From: Iphione sp. A-MEVVRFRX5
Lineage: Eukaryota
Direction of reading: 5' to 3'
Length of the DNA stretch: 64,000 nucleotides
NCBI GenBank assembly: GCA_976226885.1
Contig: OZ320315.1
Location: forward strand, 38,688,001 to 38,752,000
Positions within the stretch are counted from its first letter, which is position 1; each line of letters starts with the position of its first letter. This document shows positions 1 through 11,615 of the stretch, one piece after another. The notes under the pieces are model-generated. The model made no database searches. It was not told the DNA's origin and was given only the letters and a program-made list of their open reading frames with translations. A program made the position numbers and the translations under genes.

Positions 1-959
1 CGCAAACTGGATTTAATAGTGAGACCAAGAATCCGTAAACCCTGTGAATGTTTGCTTAGTTTGAAAATACGGAAGACTCTCAGTACCCGAATAAAGATGA
101 AGGATCCACTTTTATTTGAGCTGTGACACTCAGAGTCAGCAGCAATTGTGATCAGTGTGATGAAGTATGGCAAAATAGCCATTACATCAAAGATATTCAT
201 AATATTCTTGACAAACTGAAACTTTGATGGGCAGCTTATTGCTCTCAGGATAAACTCAACAGTGAACCAAGCAACACAAATGGTCTCTATAACAAAAAAT
301 ATATCACTGTAATTTGGTGCTTCATGGTAGGTCAACCCCCCATCAGTTGTGACATTCACACATTGCTTCCGTTCAAAATTTGGCAGCGTCTCGAGACAAA
401 AGTTGACAATTGATATCATAATACAAGTAACGGATATGATGGCAAATACTCGAGCTGCTCTTGAGCTGTCAGGTTCTTCAACAAAGAGCCACAAAGCTTT
501 AAGAAGTTTGTTCTTCGGCATTGGCTTGACCTCATCCATAAGAAAACCCTCTTTCTCTTTGTACTCTCGGATGGTATCATCGTCAATCTCATAAAATTCA
601 AGTTCTTCAAGGAAAATGTCCTCAGGAACCTCAATTGGCCGTCGAAGCCTACCCCCACTTTGGTAGTAGTACAGGATTGCTTGGAATGACGGCCGATGCC
701 GGTCAATGAAGAATTCATTGCGACGGCTGTCCCAAAATGCCTTCCTTTTCATTGGATCACCAAGCAAGGTATGAGGAAAGCGATTGAGTGTGCGTAGTTG
801 AGTTTCGTAGCGTTGTCCTGAGACGTTGATGATGACACGCTGACAGCCTAACTTGTTGCAATCATGTGGCTGGTCGAGCGCCTCTCCTTCACCCAGCTCC
901 TCCATATTATGATGAGTGCCGACATTTTCGTATTTGCTGTCACAAGAGATAGTGGCCAT
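1..959 (-). CDS. KCNA: Shaker/Kv1 voltage-gated K+ channel, paralogue A (intronless; 3' end lies outside the window)
   Basis: Hand translation from ATG at 959 is open for 319 codons to the window edge (missing from the ORF track, presumably because it has no stop in the window). It reads MATISCDSKYENVG...QRVIINVSGQRYETQLRTLNRFP (T1 domain)...ETICVAWFTVEFILR (S2)...FDVMAILPYF (S3)...IRVLRVFRIFKLSKHSQGLRILG (S4). By eye it is about three-quarters identical to the ORF at 4603..5862. Confidence 0.96.
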   Translation of the reverse strand, partial: MATISCDSKYENVGTHHNMEELGEGEALDQPHDCNKLGCQRVIINVSGQRYETQLRTLNRFPHTLLGDPMKRKAFWDSRRNEFFIDRHRPSFQAILYYYQSGGRLRRPIEVPEDIFLEELEFYEIDDDTIREYKEKEGFLMDEVKPMPKNKLLKALWLFVEEPDSSRAARVFAIISVTCIMISIVNFCLETLPNFERKQCVNVTTDGGLTYHEAPNYSDIFFVIETICVAWFTVEFILRAISCPSKFQFVKNIMNIFDVMAILPYFITLITIAADSECHSSNKSGSFIFIRVLRVFRIFKLSKHSQGLRILGLTIKSSL

Positions 960-1206
960 TAGTGAAATTTCTAAAATAATAATGACTCTCTTAGTCTGGC
1001 CACAATCCATGCTACAGGTGTTAGACATGGACTCCAGTCTCCCAAGACTGGAGTCAAATCTTTCAAACCTTGAAGAAAAAGTACATGCAAATTTGTAAAC
1101 TTAAAAGTAAACAAAATGGGAAAGTTTGAAAATATACTTATCAAAGTTATGCATTTCCAATAAAATTTGTTAGACAAAACATTATAATAACAACGTTGGG
1201 GAACTA

Positions 1207-1761
1207 TTGGAAGGTGATGCTGCCATGAAACCCTTATTTTCAAGTGAGAATGGAATAGAGACAAAAACAAATCCTACTCTAGGGAAATTAATCATTTCAG
1301 TCGCGATGTATAAGATATTTCCTCGTACGATCTTGTCTCACCTGTGGTCAGAGGGAGCAAAGGAGAAAACAAAATCTATGAGTGTAAACAGAAAATCTGG
1401 TGTCCAAAACCCTGTCATTAGATATTACCTACACGCCTGTAGGTAAAGGGGAAAGGCAAACCACTCAAGGATATAGAGAACAACAACTGAAATCCACCAA
1501 GAATGTTATCACTAGGAATGGGAAGACAACCAGGAATCCAGGTTTGTGTCAATCTCTTACATCTAACTAGAGTAGCTACTGATCTAAACTAGCGGTCATA
1601 TGGTAGTTGTGATCTCGAAACACTTAAAACTAGCGGAGGTTATATCTGCATATGATAATGCACTCTTGACTGGAGGGGCTATCATACCTTACTATGCTAG
1701 GGTAAAGGGAAAAATAAATATTCTTCCTGATCGAGACTGATCAAAGGCTGCACAGCTGAAA
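1207..1761 (+). pseudogene. Degenerate two-domain dUTPase-fold gene
   Basis: One frame with several stops: EGDAAMKPLFSSE (motif 1-like), YKIFPRT (motif 2-like), then LLI*TSGHMVVVISKHLKLA, GGAIIPYYARVKG (motif 3-like) and ILPDRD*SKAAQL (motif 4-like). Alignment by eye. Confidence 0.5.
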
Positions 1762-3675
1762 AAACAGAACAAAAGTTTAATCGAGTAGCAAAATAATGCG
1801 GACCCTTCTTTACATATTTAGATGGAGAGAGAAAGCCTAAGTCTGCTTGCAATACATAGGCAATTAACAGAATATGTTATACTTAACAATAACGAAACTT
1901 TTCAACATTATTTCATAATTTATTAGGTTCTGATTACCATTTACAAGGGCTGAATGTTATATATGCATATGTTCAAACTTGAAAAAAAAAAACATCTTAA
2001 GCAGCTTTTAACCCGTGACGGTCTATAATATCTGACTAGATGAAAAAAGAAATTGTTACATTTTGGGATGTATATACATCTGACAAGGCTGACTTTGGTT
2101 GCATGTCGGAAAAAGTGGTTATAGAGGGTTTATTCTTTCTTTGGTGCACATGAAGTGGTACTGTTTTAAACGCTAAAAGTAGCCCAAATAGATTATAGCA
2201 ATGGTTGGTATGTCGAAACATAATAAACGTTTATAATACAAACCTGTCAGGCCTTTTTAAATATTTACAATTATGATATTAGACTACATTTTAAGGCAAA
2301 CATAAAGGCGTCTTTTCTGGATAGACATGTTATTGAGCAGTTAGCAGTAGATGAGAATTGTTCATGGCATGTTCAAGTATCTAGTATAGCATAATTCCAG
2401 AACTACGCATTCTCTCGGAAATACTTGTACAATCAAATCAATATGATGAAATCCTCTTCGGTTTAATTAAGTGTTTAATGCAACCACAATCCCAACCAAT
2501 ATTGCGAATATTTGTGATAGCACTATGGAAATGGATTTCAACGGTTGTCTCAAAAATGGGCGTGTCTGAAGTGCACTAAATGTTAAACCTTCCAAATAAA
2601 CACTTCCGATATGTCACAGATAGCTTTATATACACAGATTTATAATCTTGGCCTATTATGGACGCACGCGTGGTAAGTTTAGGCACAGTGAGTATTCATT
2701 ACTAAGGTAATATCATTTTAACGTAACAAAACATAATTAGTTGTCGTGTTAGTGCAACCAAGGGCGTAGCTAAATTCGGAGTAGAGCGGCCCGTGCTCAT
2801 AAAAGAGAAAGACGACTTGTCACGAGGCTAATGCAACTCAACTAATTTATGTTGGGAAGTGACACAATATATACACATGGTGTACCTGGTTAATATATCG
2901 TTATATGTTTTATATAATGGTATAACTTTGTAAAACACATACTGAGTAGTCAAAATGGGTAAAAGCTTAAAATGCATGTATATATAATCATATTTGTACA
3001 TATAGCGGATGCCGTCAGGTAGAAAAAATTGAAAAGGTTTTACAATATGATATGACAAATTCTGGAAAAGTGAAGATTACCTATATAAATGTTGATAAGG
3101 GTGGAATATATTTTGTGAGATACGATTAAGTGTATTGAGCATAATACAGGCAGTTAAATACTTGGCACATCAGCTTTGAGACTTTCCATTCAGTGTCCCA
3201 CTTTAACCCCACTTTATCTGAACCATTGATTTACATATGATTACCTCTGTTTAATCTCGTATACTTTGGTGCTGGTGTTTATACATGAAGAAAGAAGGTA
3301 TACTACAGCAGATGTTAGTATAGGTAATGGTCATGCATCTATACGTTGCTTTGTCGAACTGTATATAACAAGGTACTGGTGAGATGTATATAACAGGTTA
3401 TGTCGAGGTTTTCATTCGTATATATATATAATGGGTTATATCGTTCCGTGTATACACTGCCCATTGGATTATATCATTTAGGCATTGTTGAGCAAGTTCA
3501 TTCCCGTTATGTGACACCATGAACTGAGACGAATGGTCTCGTTTTCTGTGTGGTGAGACTGGACGTCTCACCCTTTTGTGTATAGCTTGTGCCACTCCTC
3601 CCTTCCCATGGTTCATATGCTATATCCTTAAGGGCAACAGCGAACAAAACCAGCCGTTAGCGCCTTCATACGAGT

Positions 3676-3867
3676 TTGTTGGTCAATATGCTAGTATGTA
3701 CTTTTTTTGCAATTGTTTGTATTGTGCCTTCTGGATGTGAGCACGATATGTTAATCTGGACTGGGTCAGGCCATCAGAGGGCGTTAGTCCAAAGAGGTGT
3801 GCTAGGAGGCGCCACTCTGCCTTGGCGCGCACGTTGCTGTGGGCAAGCATCCACAGGGCGAGGTTAG
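3676..3867 (+). pseudogene. dUTPase-fold remnant between the two Kv1 genes
   Basis: LVCTFFAIVCIVPSGCEHDMLIWTGSG...GVLGGATLPWR aligns with the canonical segment VVKTDIQIALPSGCYGRVAPRSG...DVGAGVIDEDYR. Confidence 0.5.
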
Positions 3868-4602
3868 CAAACATTGTGAGGGGTTTCACTTGAAGTGCCC
3901 ACGAGGGTTCCGTTCACATGCCTCCTGCCATTGCTGTTCTAATCGGGTTAAAACAGCATTAACACTGGGTATAAAATAAAGAGCAAATGCGAAAAACGAG
4001 CCGACAATGGGGGGAAGTGGTGCGGCGGAAGGATACACACACGCAATAATTGATGTTAACGCTCAGCTTCGGGTTATGTGTAGAGCAGGTATAATTGGGG
4101 TATACGTGTATTAGAATGTATATAATGTAACCAAAATGGCATACAAGACAGATATCTGTCAGCACATGGTGTCTTTCGTAATGGTGTCAGACTTTCCAGG
4201 TAGTGGTAATTATTTGTGGTTACGGTAGCACAAGGAAAATTGCATTCATGATGTTGATATAAAAAAATGAGCCGTCCGCTCATAGGTTGTCAACTGCAGG
4301 AGATCTGCTTGTGGCTAGAAGCCTAAACCAGATCAATATGGTTGTGGTCAGGCCTGCAAGAAAAATAACTTGTGCGGGCTTATCATCAGCATATGATTTA
4401 AAATCATTATCAACATGGGAAAGGTATTAGGCATATACGACAGTGCATGGCACAAATACTGATGCATTGATAAAAAATGGCTGAAAGAAATCATAGGTAT
4501 AAGAGCAATAAATGGTGTACTGATGAAAGAAAGTGATGCATTGAAATGCTTTTTCCTATGTAACACCCAAACTGTTTACATTAAGCGATAGGTGGCTTTG
4601 CA

Positions 4603-5862
4603 TTACCCAGATCCGGATCCGCCTCCACTTTCATGCCTGTAGAAGTTGTTAAAATTGGCCACGACAACTGGAACTGGCAATGCAATAGTCAGTACCCCTG
4701 CAATGACACAGAGTGCACCTACCATTTTCCCCCAAACTCCGACAGGCGTGACATCACCGTACCCCACAGTAGTCATTGTAACAATTGCCCACCAAAAGGC
4801 ACCGGGGATACTCTTAAGTTGCGAGTCCGGTTCACCGGCTTCTGCATAATAAGCAGCAGAAGAAAATATAACCATGGCAACAATCAGAAAGAAGAAAAAC
4901 ATGCCTAGCTCTCGCATGCTAGTTTTAATTGTGAGCCCCAAAATTCTTAGGCCCTGTGAATGCTTGCCCAGTTTGAAAACCCTAAATACTCTGAGCACTC
5001 GGATGAAGATGAACGATCCACTCTTTTTGGCATTGTCGCAACTACCCATAGAGGATACAGTAATCAAAATGATGAAGTAGGGAAGGATGGCCATCAAATC
5101 AAATGTATTCATTATATTCTTTAGGAAGGCCATTTTGCAAGGACAACTTATTCCACGTAATATAAATTCAATTGTAAACCATACAATACAAATAGTTTCC
5201 ACAATAAAAAAGGCATCATTGTAGTTAGGTTTCTGTTGGTATGTTAGTCCACCATCACTGGTGACATTTATGCAATTACTGCGCTCAAAATAAGGCAGTG
5301 TCTCCATACAGAAGTTGATGATGGATACAATGATGCATGTAACAGATATGATGGCAAAGATTCGGGCAAAACGTGAGCTATCAGGCTCCTCAACAAATTG
5401 CCAGATCTTCAGGAAAATCTTATTTTTGGGTAATGGTTTTACTTCATCCATCAAAAACCCTTCTTTCTCTTTGTACTCTTTGATTGCATCGTCCCCAATC
5501 TGATAGAATTCAAGTTCCTCTAGAAATATATCTTCTGGAACCTCAAAGGGTCTTCTCAATCGTCCACCACTTTGATAGAAGTATAAAATGGCTTGGAATG
5601 ATGGACGATGGCGATCAATGAAGAACTCATTGCGCCGACTGTCCCAGAATTCCCTGCGTTTCAAGGGGTCACCCAGGAGTGTATCTGGAAAGCGGTTGAG
5701 GGTGCGGAGCTGAGTCTCGTAGCGCTGTCCTGCCACGTTGATGATGACTCTTTGGCAGCCTGCAATCGAGCAGTCATGTGGCTGATCGAGAACCTCTGGT
5801 GTTGCCATCTCCATTGGATGTTGGACCCCGACATTGTCGTATTTGCTGCCACGAGATGACAT
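4603..5862 (-). CDS. KCNA: Shaker/Kv1 voltage-gated K+ channel, paralogue B (complete, intronless, 419 aa from MSSRGSKY; the ORF extends to 5940)
   Basis: Contains a T1 domain (RVIINVAGQRYET, FFIDRHRPSFQAILYFYQSGGRLRRP), S1-S6, pore signature FWWAIVTMTTVGYGD and S6 gate LPVPVVVANF. The start at 5862 is chosen from alignment with the paralogue A N-terminus (SKYDNVG vs SKYENVG). Stop TAA at 4603-4605. Confidence 0.98.
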   Translation of the reverse strand: MSSRGSKYDNVGVQHPMEMATPEVLDQPHDCSIAGCQRVIINVAGQRYETQLRTLNRFPDTLLGDPLKRREFWDSRRNEFFIDRHRPSFQAILYFYQSGGRLRRPFEVPEDIFLEELEFYQIGDDAIKEYKEKEGFLMDEVKPLPKNKIFLKIWQFVEEPDSSRFARIFAIISVTCIIVSIINFCMETLPYFERSNCINVTSDGGLTYQQKPNYNDAFFIVETICIVWFTIEFILRGISCPCKMAFLKNIMNTFDLMAILPYFIILITVSSMGSCDNAKKSGSFIFIRVLRVFRVFKLGKHSQGLRILGLTIKTSMRELGMFFFFLIVAMVIFSSAAYYAEAGEPDSQLKSIPGAFWWAIVTMTTVGYGDVTPVGVWGKMVGALCVIAGVLTIALPVPVVVANFNNFYRHESGGGSGSG

Positions 5863-6180
5863 AGATAGTGTACTGTTAGTGAAAAACAGTGTTGCGGTTG
5901 TATACATGTACACCGCCTGTTCAAAACAATGCTGCCACATAATGCGGGCGTATCGCCGTGATTGGAATGGTTTACAAGCTTAAATAGTGAGAAGGACATT
6001 CCGGAATATCAAAGTTGGATGGAAAATGTTCAAGAAATGCCTAGAAAAATGTGACAAGGAAGACGTAGAATAGTGAAATGCGGAAACAGCATAAATGCAA
6101 GAAAAGAGGATTGGCAAGTACCTCGCCCATGGCCCTGCATCACTCCATATATACGCTCTGTATAACGAACATGGACAAAA

Positions 6181-6426
6181 CGTTCATACACTCCTCTCAG
6201 ACCAATTTGGGGGTTTCCTCCATTAATGTATGTCTTGCAGATCTTTAATGCGTCTGTCACAGCTGTGAACGTATATGACTCATTAATGGGGATGATTAGG
6301 GTATATGGAAATGTTTTGTCTATGCCACATCAAATAATGTATGTTCAATCCGATGCTCAGACAATAGGAAACACTTCAATTTCAATAAGAACAGTGAGAC
6401 CTTCGGGCCATACGGACACACACTAG
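6181..6426 (+). pseudogene. dUTPase-fold remnant upstream of and divergent from Kv1 paralogue B
   Basis: WGFPPLMYVLQIFNAS resembles IP.GYY.QI.PRS, and SLMGMIRVYG resembles motif 3. Weak. Confidence 0.33.
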
Positions 6427-6763
6427 CATAATAATGAATGTTGCTGTTTGGGAAGGACTGTTTGCTTGTGATTTCGTGCGCATCTTAAAGACTGATAAAT
6501 TTCCAATGGCTGCAAACATGTAAATATTTGACATCCGTGGACCGTAAATTCTTCAGATATGCAAATTAATGGTGTATATTGTAGAAATATCACGATAATA
6601 TTCAATCTTATGCTTCTAGATTTGGACCTGTCTAGATGAAGAGAGAGTGTTATCATCAGATGAAAAATAAAAGGTTGCCGGTACTACCGGAGCTTGTAGA
6701 ATCACGTATTGTGATAAAATTATGTGAAATGATGATAGAGTGATTTTGGACTTTGCGTAAGCG

Positions 6764-6985
6764 TTGAAAAAAGTAACGTGTTTGTCATATATTGCTGAGG
6801 TACTAATGGCGACATCAAGCACATTCAAGCTTCAGCCAGGGCAAAAAGCACGAGGAAGTTCTCAAGAGGATAATAAGTGCATGGACACAGAAGGAGAAGA
6901 AGAAGACGACTTCAGCATTCAAAAACGAGTAAAAGAAGTAGAAAAGTCGGAGAGAAGAAGCAATGAAAGAGTGGAGGGAAAGTAA
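6764..6985 (+). pseudogene. dUTPase-fold remnant (motif 3-4 region) with an acidic tail
   Basis: SYIAEVLMATSSTFKLQPGQKA resembles DYRGEV.V.L.N....F.I.PGDRIA with matching spacing. Confidence 0.4.
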
Positions 6986-7098
6986 ACAAGGACGATAAGA
7001 CCTCAGTGCGGCTGCTGGACTGTCCTACAATGCATCAGAAACACACTGGCCTGTGTGCGGGCTGCGTCCTACTCAATGACAAGCGGGAGTAAAATAGT

Positions 7099-7533
7099 TC
7101 ACCATATCATGGCCGATAAGGCGTCGGCTGCCGCCAGCGCGTCCGCCGTCGCGAGAGGCGTGTCTTCCGAGTCGCTCGTACCACTCGCGCCTCCGTCAAA
7201 GCCAAGGTCACGACCATCTTTGAGCGGTGAAGTGGCGCCGCCGCCGCCGCCACCGCCACCGCCGCCGCCTCCTCCACCACCGCCATCACCCGTCGCCGCC
7301 TCGCCATCAAAATACTCCTCGTCGTCGGCGGGAGTCATAGAGGTGTCCGGGATGCGGCGATAATATCCCATCGTTGACTTTGCCCAGGTCACCGCCTCGA
7401 CCAGGAGAGCGGGCAAAGGCTTCTGGCGTCTGTCCTGACTAATGTTTGCTCTCGTTACTGTAGCTATAGGAACGTCCACTGCGTGGCTATGATGATGATA
7501 ACGGGCAGGAAAAGGGGGTACTATGTATGACAA
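7099..7533 (-). CDS. Uninterrupted 144-aa ORF, probable divergent member of the same family, with a poly-Gly tract
   Basis: ATG-initiated and GC3-rich. HAVDVPIA is motif 1-like, and DRRQKPLP matches KRRQTPLP in the 51900 frame and ERRQKH in the 12828 frame. Confidence 0.35.
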   Translation of the reverse strand: MSYIVPPFPARYHHHSHAVDVPIATVTRANISQDRRQKPLPALLVEAVTWAKSTMGYYRRIPDTSMTPADDEEYFDGEAATGDGGGGGGGGGGGGGGGGATSPLKDGRDLGFDGGASGTSDSEDTPLATADALAAADALSAMIW

Positions 7534-7699
7534 CGGGGTGCTCGCTCAGTGGAGAGGGGGAGGGCGGCCAGTATGTAGATCTAGGAAATATCACAGCTCA
7601 GCTTACGGATATGCGACAAGTAGGAGGTTTATAGTAGATTATATGTTGAGGGTGAACAGAGAAAGGAAAGCAGCAATTAGCTTACACACCTTGAGTGGG

Positions 7700-8760
7700 C
7701 GATGTATAAGCTGGTGCGCGTAGACGGAATGTCTTGCTCTGACTATGGATGGAAGTATTTCCCAGTGGTGGAGACTTGGGGATATCTTGCTTCGTTTGAG
7801 TGCTCGAAGGGTAGCGTGTAGGCTGCTTGCACCACCAGCAGCAGCTTGCTGCTGCTGCTGCCGCCGCCGACGACGACATCGAGTAGCGATGACGTCTGTG
7901 GCACCTCCCCCCCAAACAGTCAGTCACTCCACCGGAAGCTGCCGTCGTGTCGGCACCATCTGTGGGTCAACCGTGGGCCAGCTATTCCGGACTCGAGAAT
8001 GGCACGGTGGGAGCCCAGAATGCCAGCAGTTCAATGAGTCCCTGTCAGAGTGTCGCCCTGTCGGCGCCTGCGGGGCCCTGTACGGGTCGGGGCCGCCCTG
8101 TGTCACGTTGGCGGCGCCTCATCGGAGGTCGCCCCGCCGCTTTCCCGGAGTGTCTCGCCCGGTGGGTCCAGACTGATCCCTCTAGCGATGCTGCCAGGGT
8201 TGCCTTGGCAGTGGTCTGGTAGCTGCACCCTCTACCACCTAATGGTTTGTGAGTCGATGGCTGCCACCCCCTCTAGGCAGACAGTCGGATCGTATGGGCT
8301 GGCGCGCGGGCGGGCAGACTTGGAAGCAGGCGGGAGGGAGGGTGGTAGGGAGGACCCAGTGAAGCCAACCGCCTAGAAGGGGTGGGCGCGTTGCTGCTCC
8401 GGCTCTCGCACGCAGCCAACTACTTGTGCTTGGCCTCAGCGCTGGCTGGGTGGCTGGCTTCCTGCTCCGTAGCCAACGCCTCCGTCCTCCCCTTCGCTAC
8501 CACAGTCGACGCATCCGCATGCATGGAGAAGGGCGCCTTGGAGTGATCGCGACGAATAATTTACGAGCACTCTCCCCCCCCCGGTTAAGCCTTCTCGGGC
8601 AGGTGAGCCCGAAAGCCTAGGGGGCTTACCTGTCCCTTGTAAGCAGGTGGGCGAGGCATCCCATCTGGCCTACCAGAGAAGCAGACGGGGTCGACTCGAG
8701 GAACATGTAGGAAGGCCCGCTCGTATGGGCGCCAGGAAGAACCACTGGTATTGATCTGTG
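7700..8760. pseudogene. GC-rich degenerate coding-like segment; strand and family uncertain
   Basis: Long near-open frames with sparse stops on both strands and (CTG)/(CCG) tracts, similar in character to the neighbouring remnants. No convincing motif. Confidence 0.25.
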
Positions 8761-9720
8761 AGTGGGCAGCGGGTGGCTACAGTTTCCCTATACGCTATTG
8801 GTATACCATTGGCCTACTTGACAGACCCTTTAGTATAACAAGATTGCCGCCCGAGGAAAGGATCACTGGGACTTGCCATTACCCAAGTCCATCCAGTTTG
8901 ACAAGGGTCTGTGAGTGATGATGTAGCTGGGGAAGTACCTTTCCCACAAATAATTCAAGCAGTAATGGCGTTGTCTAGCGCCCCTCAGATATGTTCCCTT
9001 GACTTCCTGGCAATACTCCACGGTTTTGAAACCTATTTTACCAAAGGTATATATAAATATGCCTGTACACTGGTGTTTTTATACAGTGGCAATGGTTATT
9101 CCAGGTTCTAATTCTGTATGTATTTAAATCCATTTCGGAGACAGTCAGTGCGCCGGCGGTTTGAGAACTCATCAGGTGGTTGTTCACCGTCTTCGCCATC
9201 TTCCTAAACGTTCAGACCAATCTGTCATCATCTCCATGTACACGCCACCATACGTCCGCTCTATATTTGTCTCGCTCGTCTTTCCATCTAGGAGCAGCTC
9301 ATAAGAACGGTCCAGGTGCTCGGCGTAACCCTCTTTGCCTCTCTATCCGGCGCGCTAGCAGCCCGAAAACTTACTGCTGGAGGGTGAGCAGCAGGCAGTG
9401 CGAAAATATGCGCACACACATACGAACATTCACGCCTTACACATAATTAAGATCTTTTGGGCTCGAATCGCCTTGCTACGGTCTTGAACATTGGTAATCA
9501 ATGCCGAAAAGCATGCGAAGAGGTGGTGGTGGGCTCGGCGCTTTGGCAGCCGATGCACTCATCAGAGCGAATGGTTGACAGCCAATACCAGCAGAAGAGG
9601 AGATTGGGCAGCAGATTGTGACGTGGGGGGGGGCAGGGACGAGGGGGGGGGTTCAAAGATTCAGTTGAAGGCGGGGAAGCGTATAGAGCCGAGGAGACCA
9701 GCCATCGCAGGGGCATCGAG

Positions 9721-9840
9721 TTCATCACCCTCTGTGCAGCCTTCCGCTCAATGGGCTAGGACACAGGTAGGAGCGAGCAGCTAGCCCCAGTATGACTCGA
9801 TCCCTCATGGAATATTCATTACCAGTACTCACCGGGCCCC
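9721..9840 (-). pseudogene. dUTPase-fold remnant
   Basis: VLVMNIP*GIESYWG*LLAPTCVLAH resembles IAIPEG-YYG-RIAPRSGLA. Confidence 0.45.
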
Positions 9841-11615
9841 CTCCTGTAGCTGCCAAGCCCAACGTTTCCGGAGAGCGCTAACAGTGCCATCCGCTGCCTC
9901 CCTGTCTAATGGGTCTGCCTCTGTTTAGTTCCAGTTTCCAACTTCCACCACACCAATCGCTCCCGCCCATCCAATGCCTCCATCCGCCACTGTTATCTGT
10001 GTATAAAAAAAAGGGGGAGGGGCGCGGGGTATGCTATAACCATCGGATACCAATCCATTTGTGAAACGATGGACCGGATGATGCACAGAGCACATTATGT
10101 TGTCTACGAATTTGCCTCAGTCTGAAAAGTGTGCAATACCTACTTTTAGGAGGCAGCGTCGCTGTTTTTCTCCGTTCGAGTATATGTTTTGACTATTCCA
10201 TCAAATGGTTAAATGGAAATACAGACGCAAAGCTGGGGACTTTTAAAGATCCTGTCTTTCATATCTATGCCTCAATGTGTAAACGTTTCATTTGGCTTCT
10301 AACCCCTGAAGGCCATAACAGACATGCAATCGAGTGGAGGCAAAACTAAAATGTAGTGATTTTTCAATGCATACAAGCTAAACGCGTGATGACTAAATCG
10401 GTATTTTTGGCCAGATTGGCTAGTCCATGAAACCATTCAATAGGCAAAGGTGCCCCCCCGCCCCCGCCCCCCTCTCACAACAAGAGTGTGCTGGCATACA
10501 GCATCAAGCGATGCCCACAAGCAATGCTGCTCTCAGTGCTTTGGTGTGCGGTGGCGCACAGCACTGGAAAAATCAATGTTGCTGGTACACTTTACGTCTC
10601 GCTTTCGAACCCAATACCTCTCCCAGCGTACCACATGTGGGATATATGTATATTATACATCAGTACACATATCTATTTACAACACTCTCACTGCCACAAT
10701 AGTTAAAGTTGTTAGCCCCCAACATATTTGTCCATCACAGATGGATAATCCTTCCTGCGCCTGGAGGTACAGGCAGGGAAAACGCGTCCATCCGCTTTTC
10801 CCACCCCCTTTGGAGAGCTACATTTGTAGAGAGACACATGATTACTGCTTGATGTTCTTAGAATATGGAAAGGTTACAAAAGGATTAACATAGAAGTAGA
10901 CATGGTTGGAATGTTAATGGAATAGAGGACGGGAAGAGGGGGGGGGAAACTAAGTAGGAATTCCGATAGAAATAGAATAGGGATTTGTGAAAGTAAACAG
11001 AGATGGCTAGACAACTCACAGACAAATATTGTTGCGGTAATGATAGCCCCCGCCCTCCAAAATTAATATGTATATGTACATAGATTCTGGCGATCCGTAT
11101 CCTATAAAGGAGGTGTAATTATCACGTCGATGCTTTGTGCGATGCCCCGAGATGTAATTAAGGCCGTTAGATTTGCCCAACCTGTCGGTCATTAGAAATT
11201 AACCGGCCTGTGCCTTTCCACACCAGTCACTGTGGGAAGGTCGGGATCGATAGCAGGCTTAGTAACACTGCCAGATCCTAGTAAGCTTTCTGACGGTTGA
11301 TTATCTGTTCATTATGCACGAAATCAATCAGAAGCGGATATACGCAAAAAAAGGACAACAATCACCACCATCAATCAACGATAAGCTTTACCAACTGAAA
11401 AAGTAAATAGCACGCCCTCGTTTGATTTGCCTGGGGTTCGTCGGGGGGATTAGGAAGGGCATAACCTGAGGGCCCCCCCTCTATATAACAAGATGTTTTT
11501 TCCTTCTATTTCCCGCCCGGCCCAGTTACTTTTTTCTCATCATAATCTAATTGCACGGTATTCTGATTACAACAAGATGACATGCGACCCGACTGCCACT
11601 TTATGACGGCCTTAA

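Noticed and set aside
349-5999. Small ORFs overlapping the Kv1 genes in other frames or antisense (349..594, 416..718, 4633..4908, 5608..5859, 5661..5999 and others)
   Set aside because: These are shadows of the channel coding sequence, and their mutual similarity just reflects the Kv1 duplication.
6806-6985. Possible LINE ORF1 N-terminus (acidic, charged)
   Set aside because: No endonuclease/RT ORF follows; the start of the frame fits the dUTPase motif 3-4 region better.
10450-10893. 147-codon frame with WDIC and PSCAW peptides in different frames
   Set aside because: Resembles the family's WDVI/PSAW, but the match is too weak to list.
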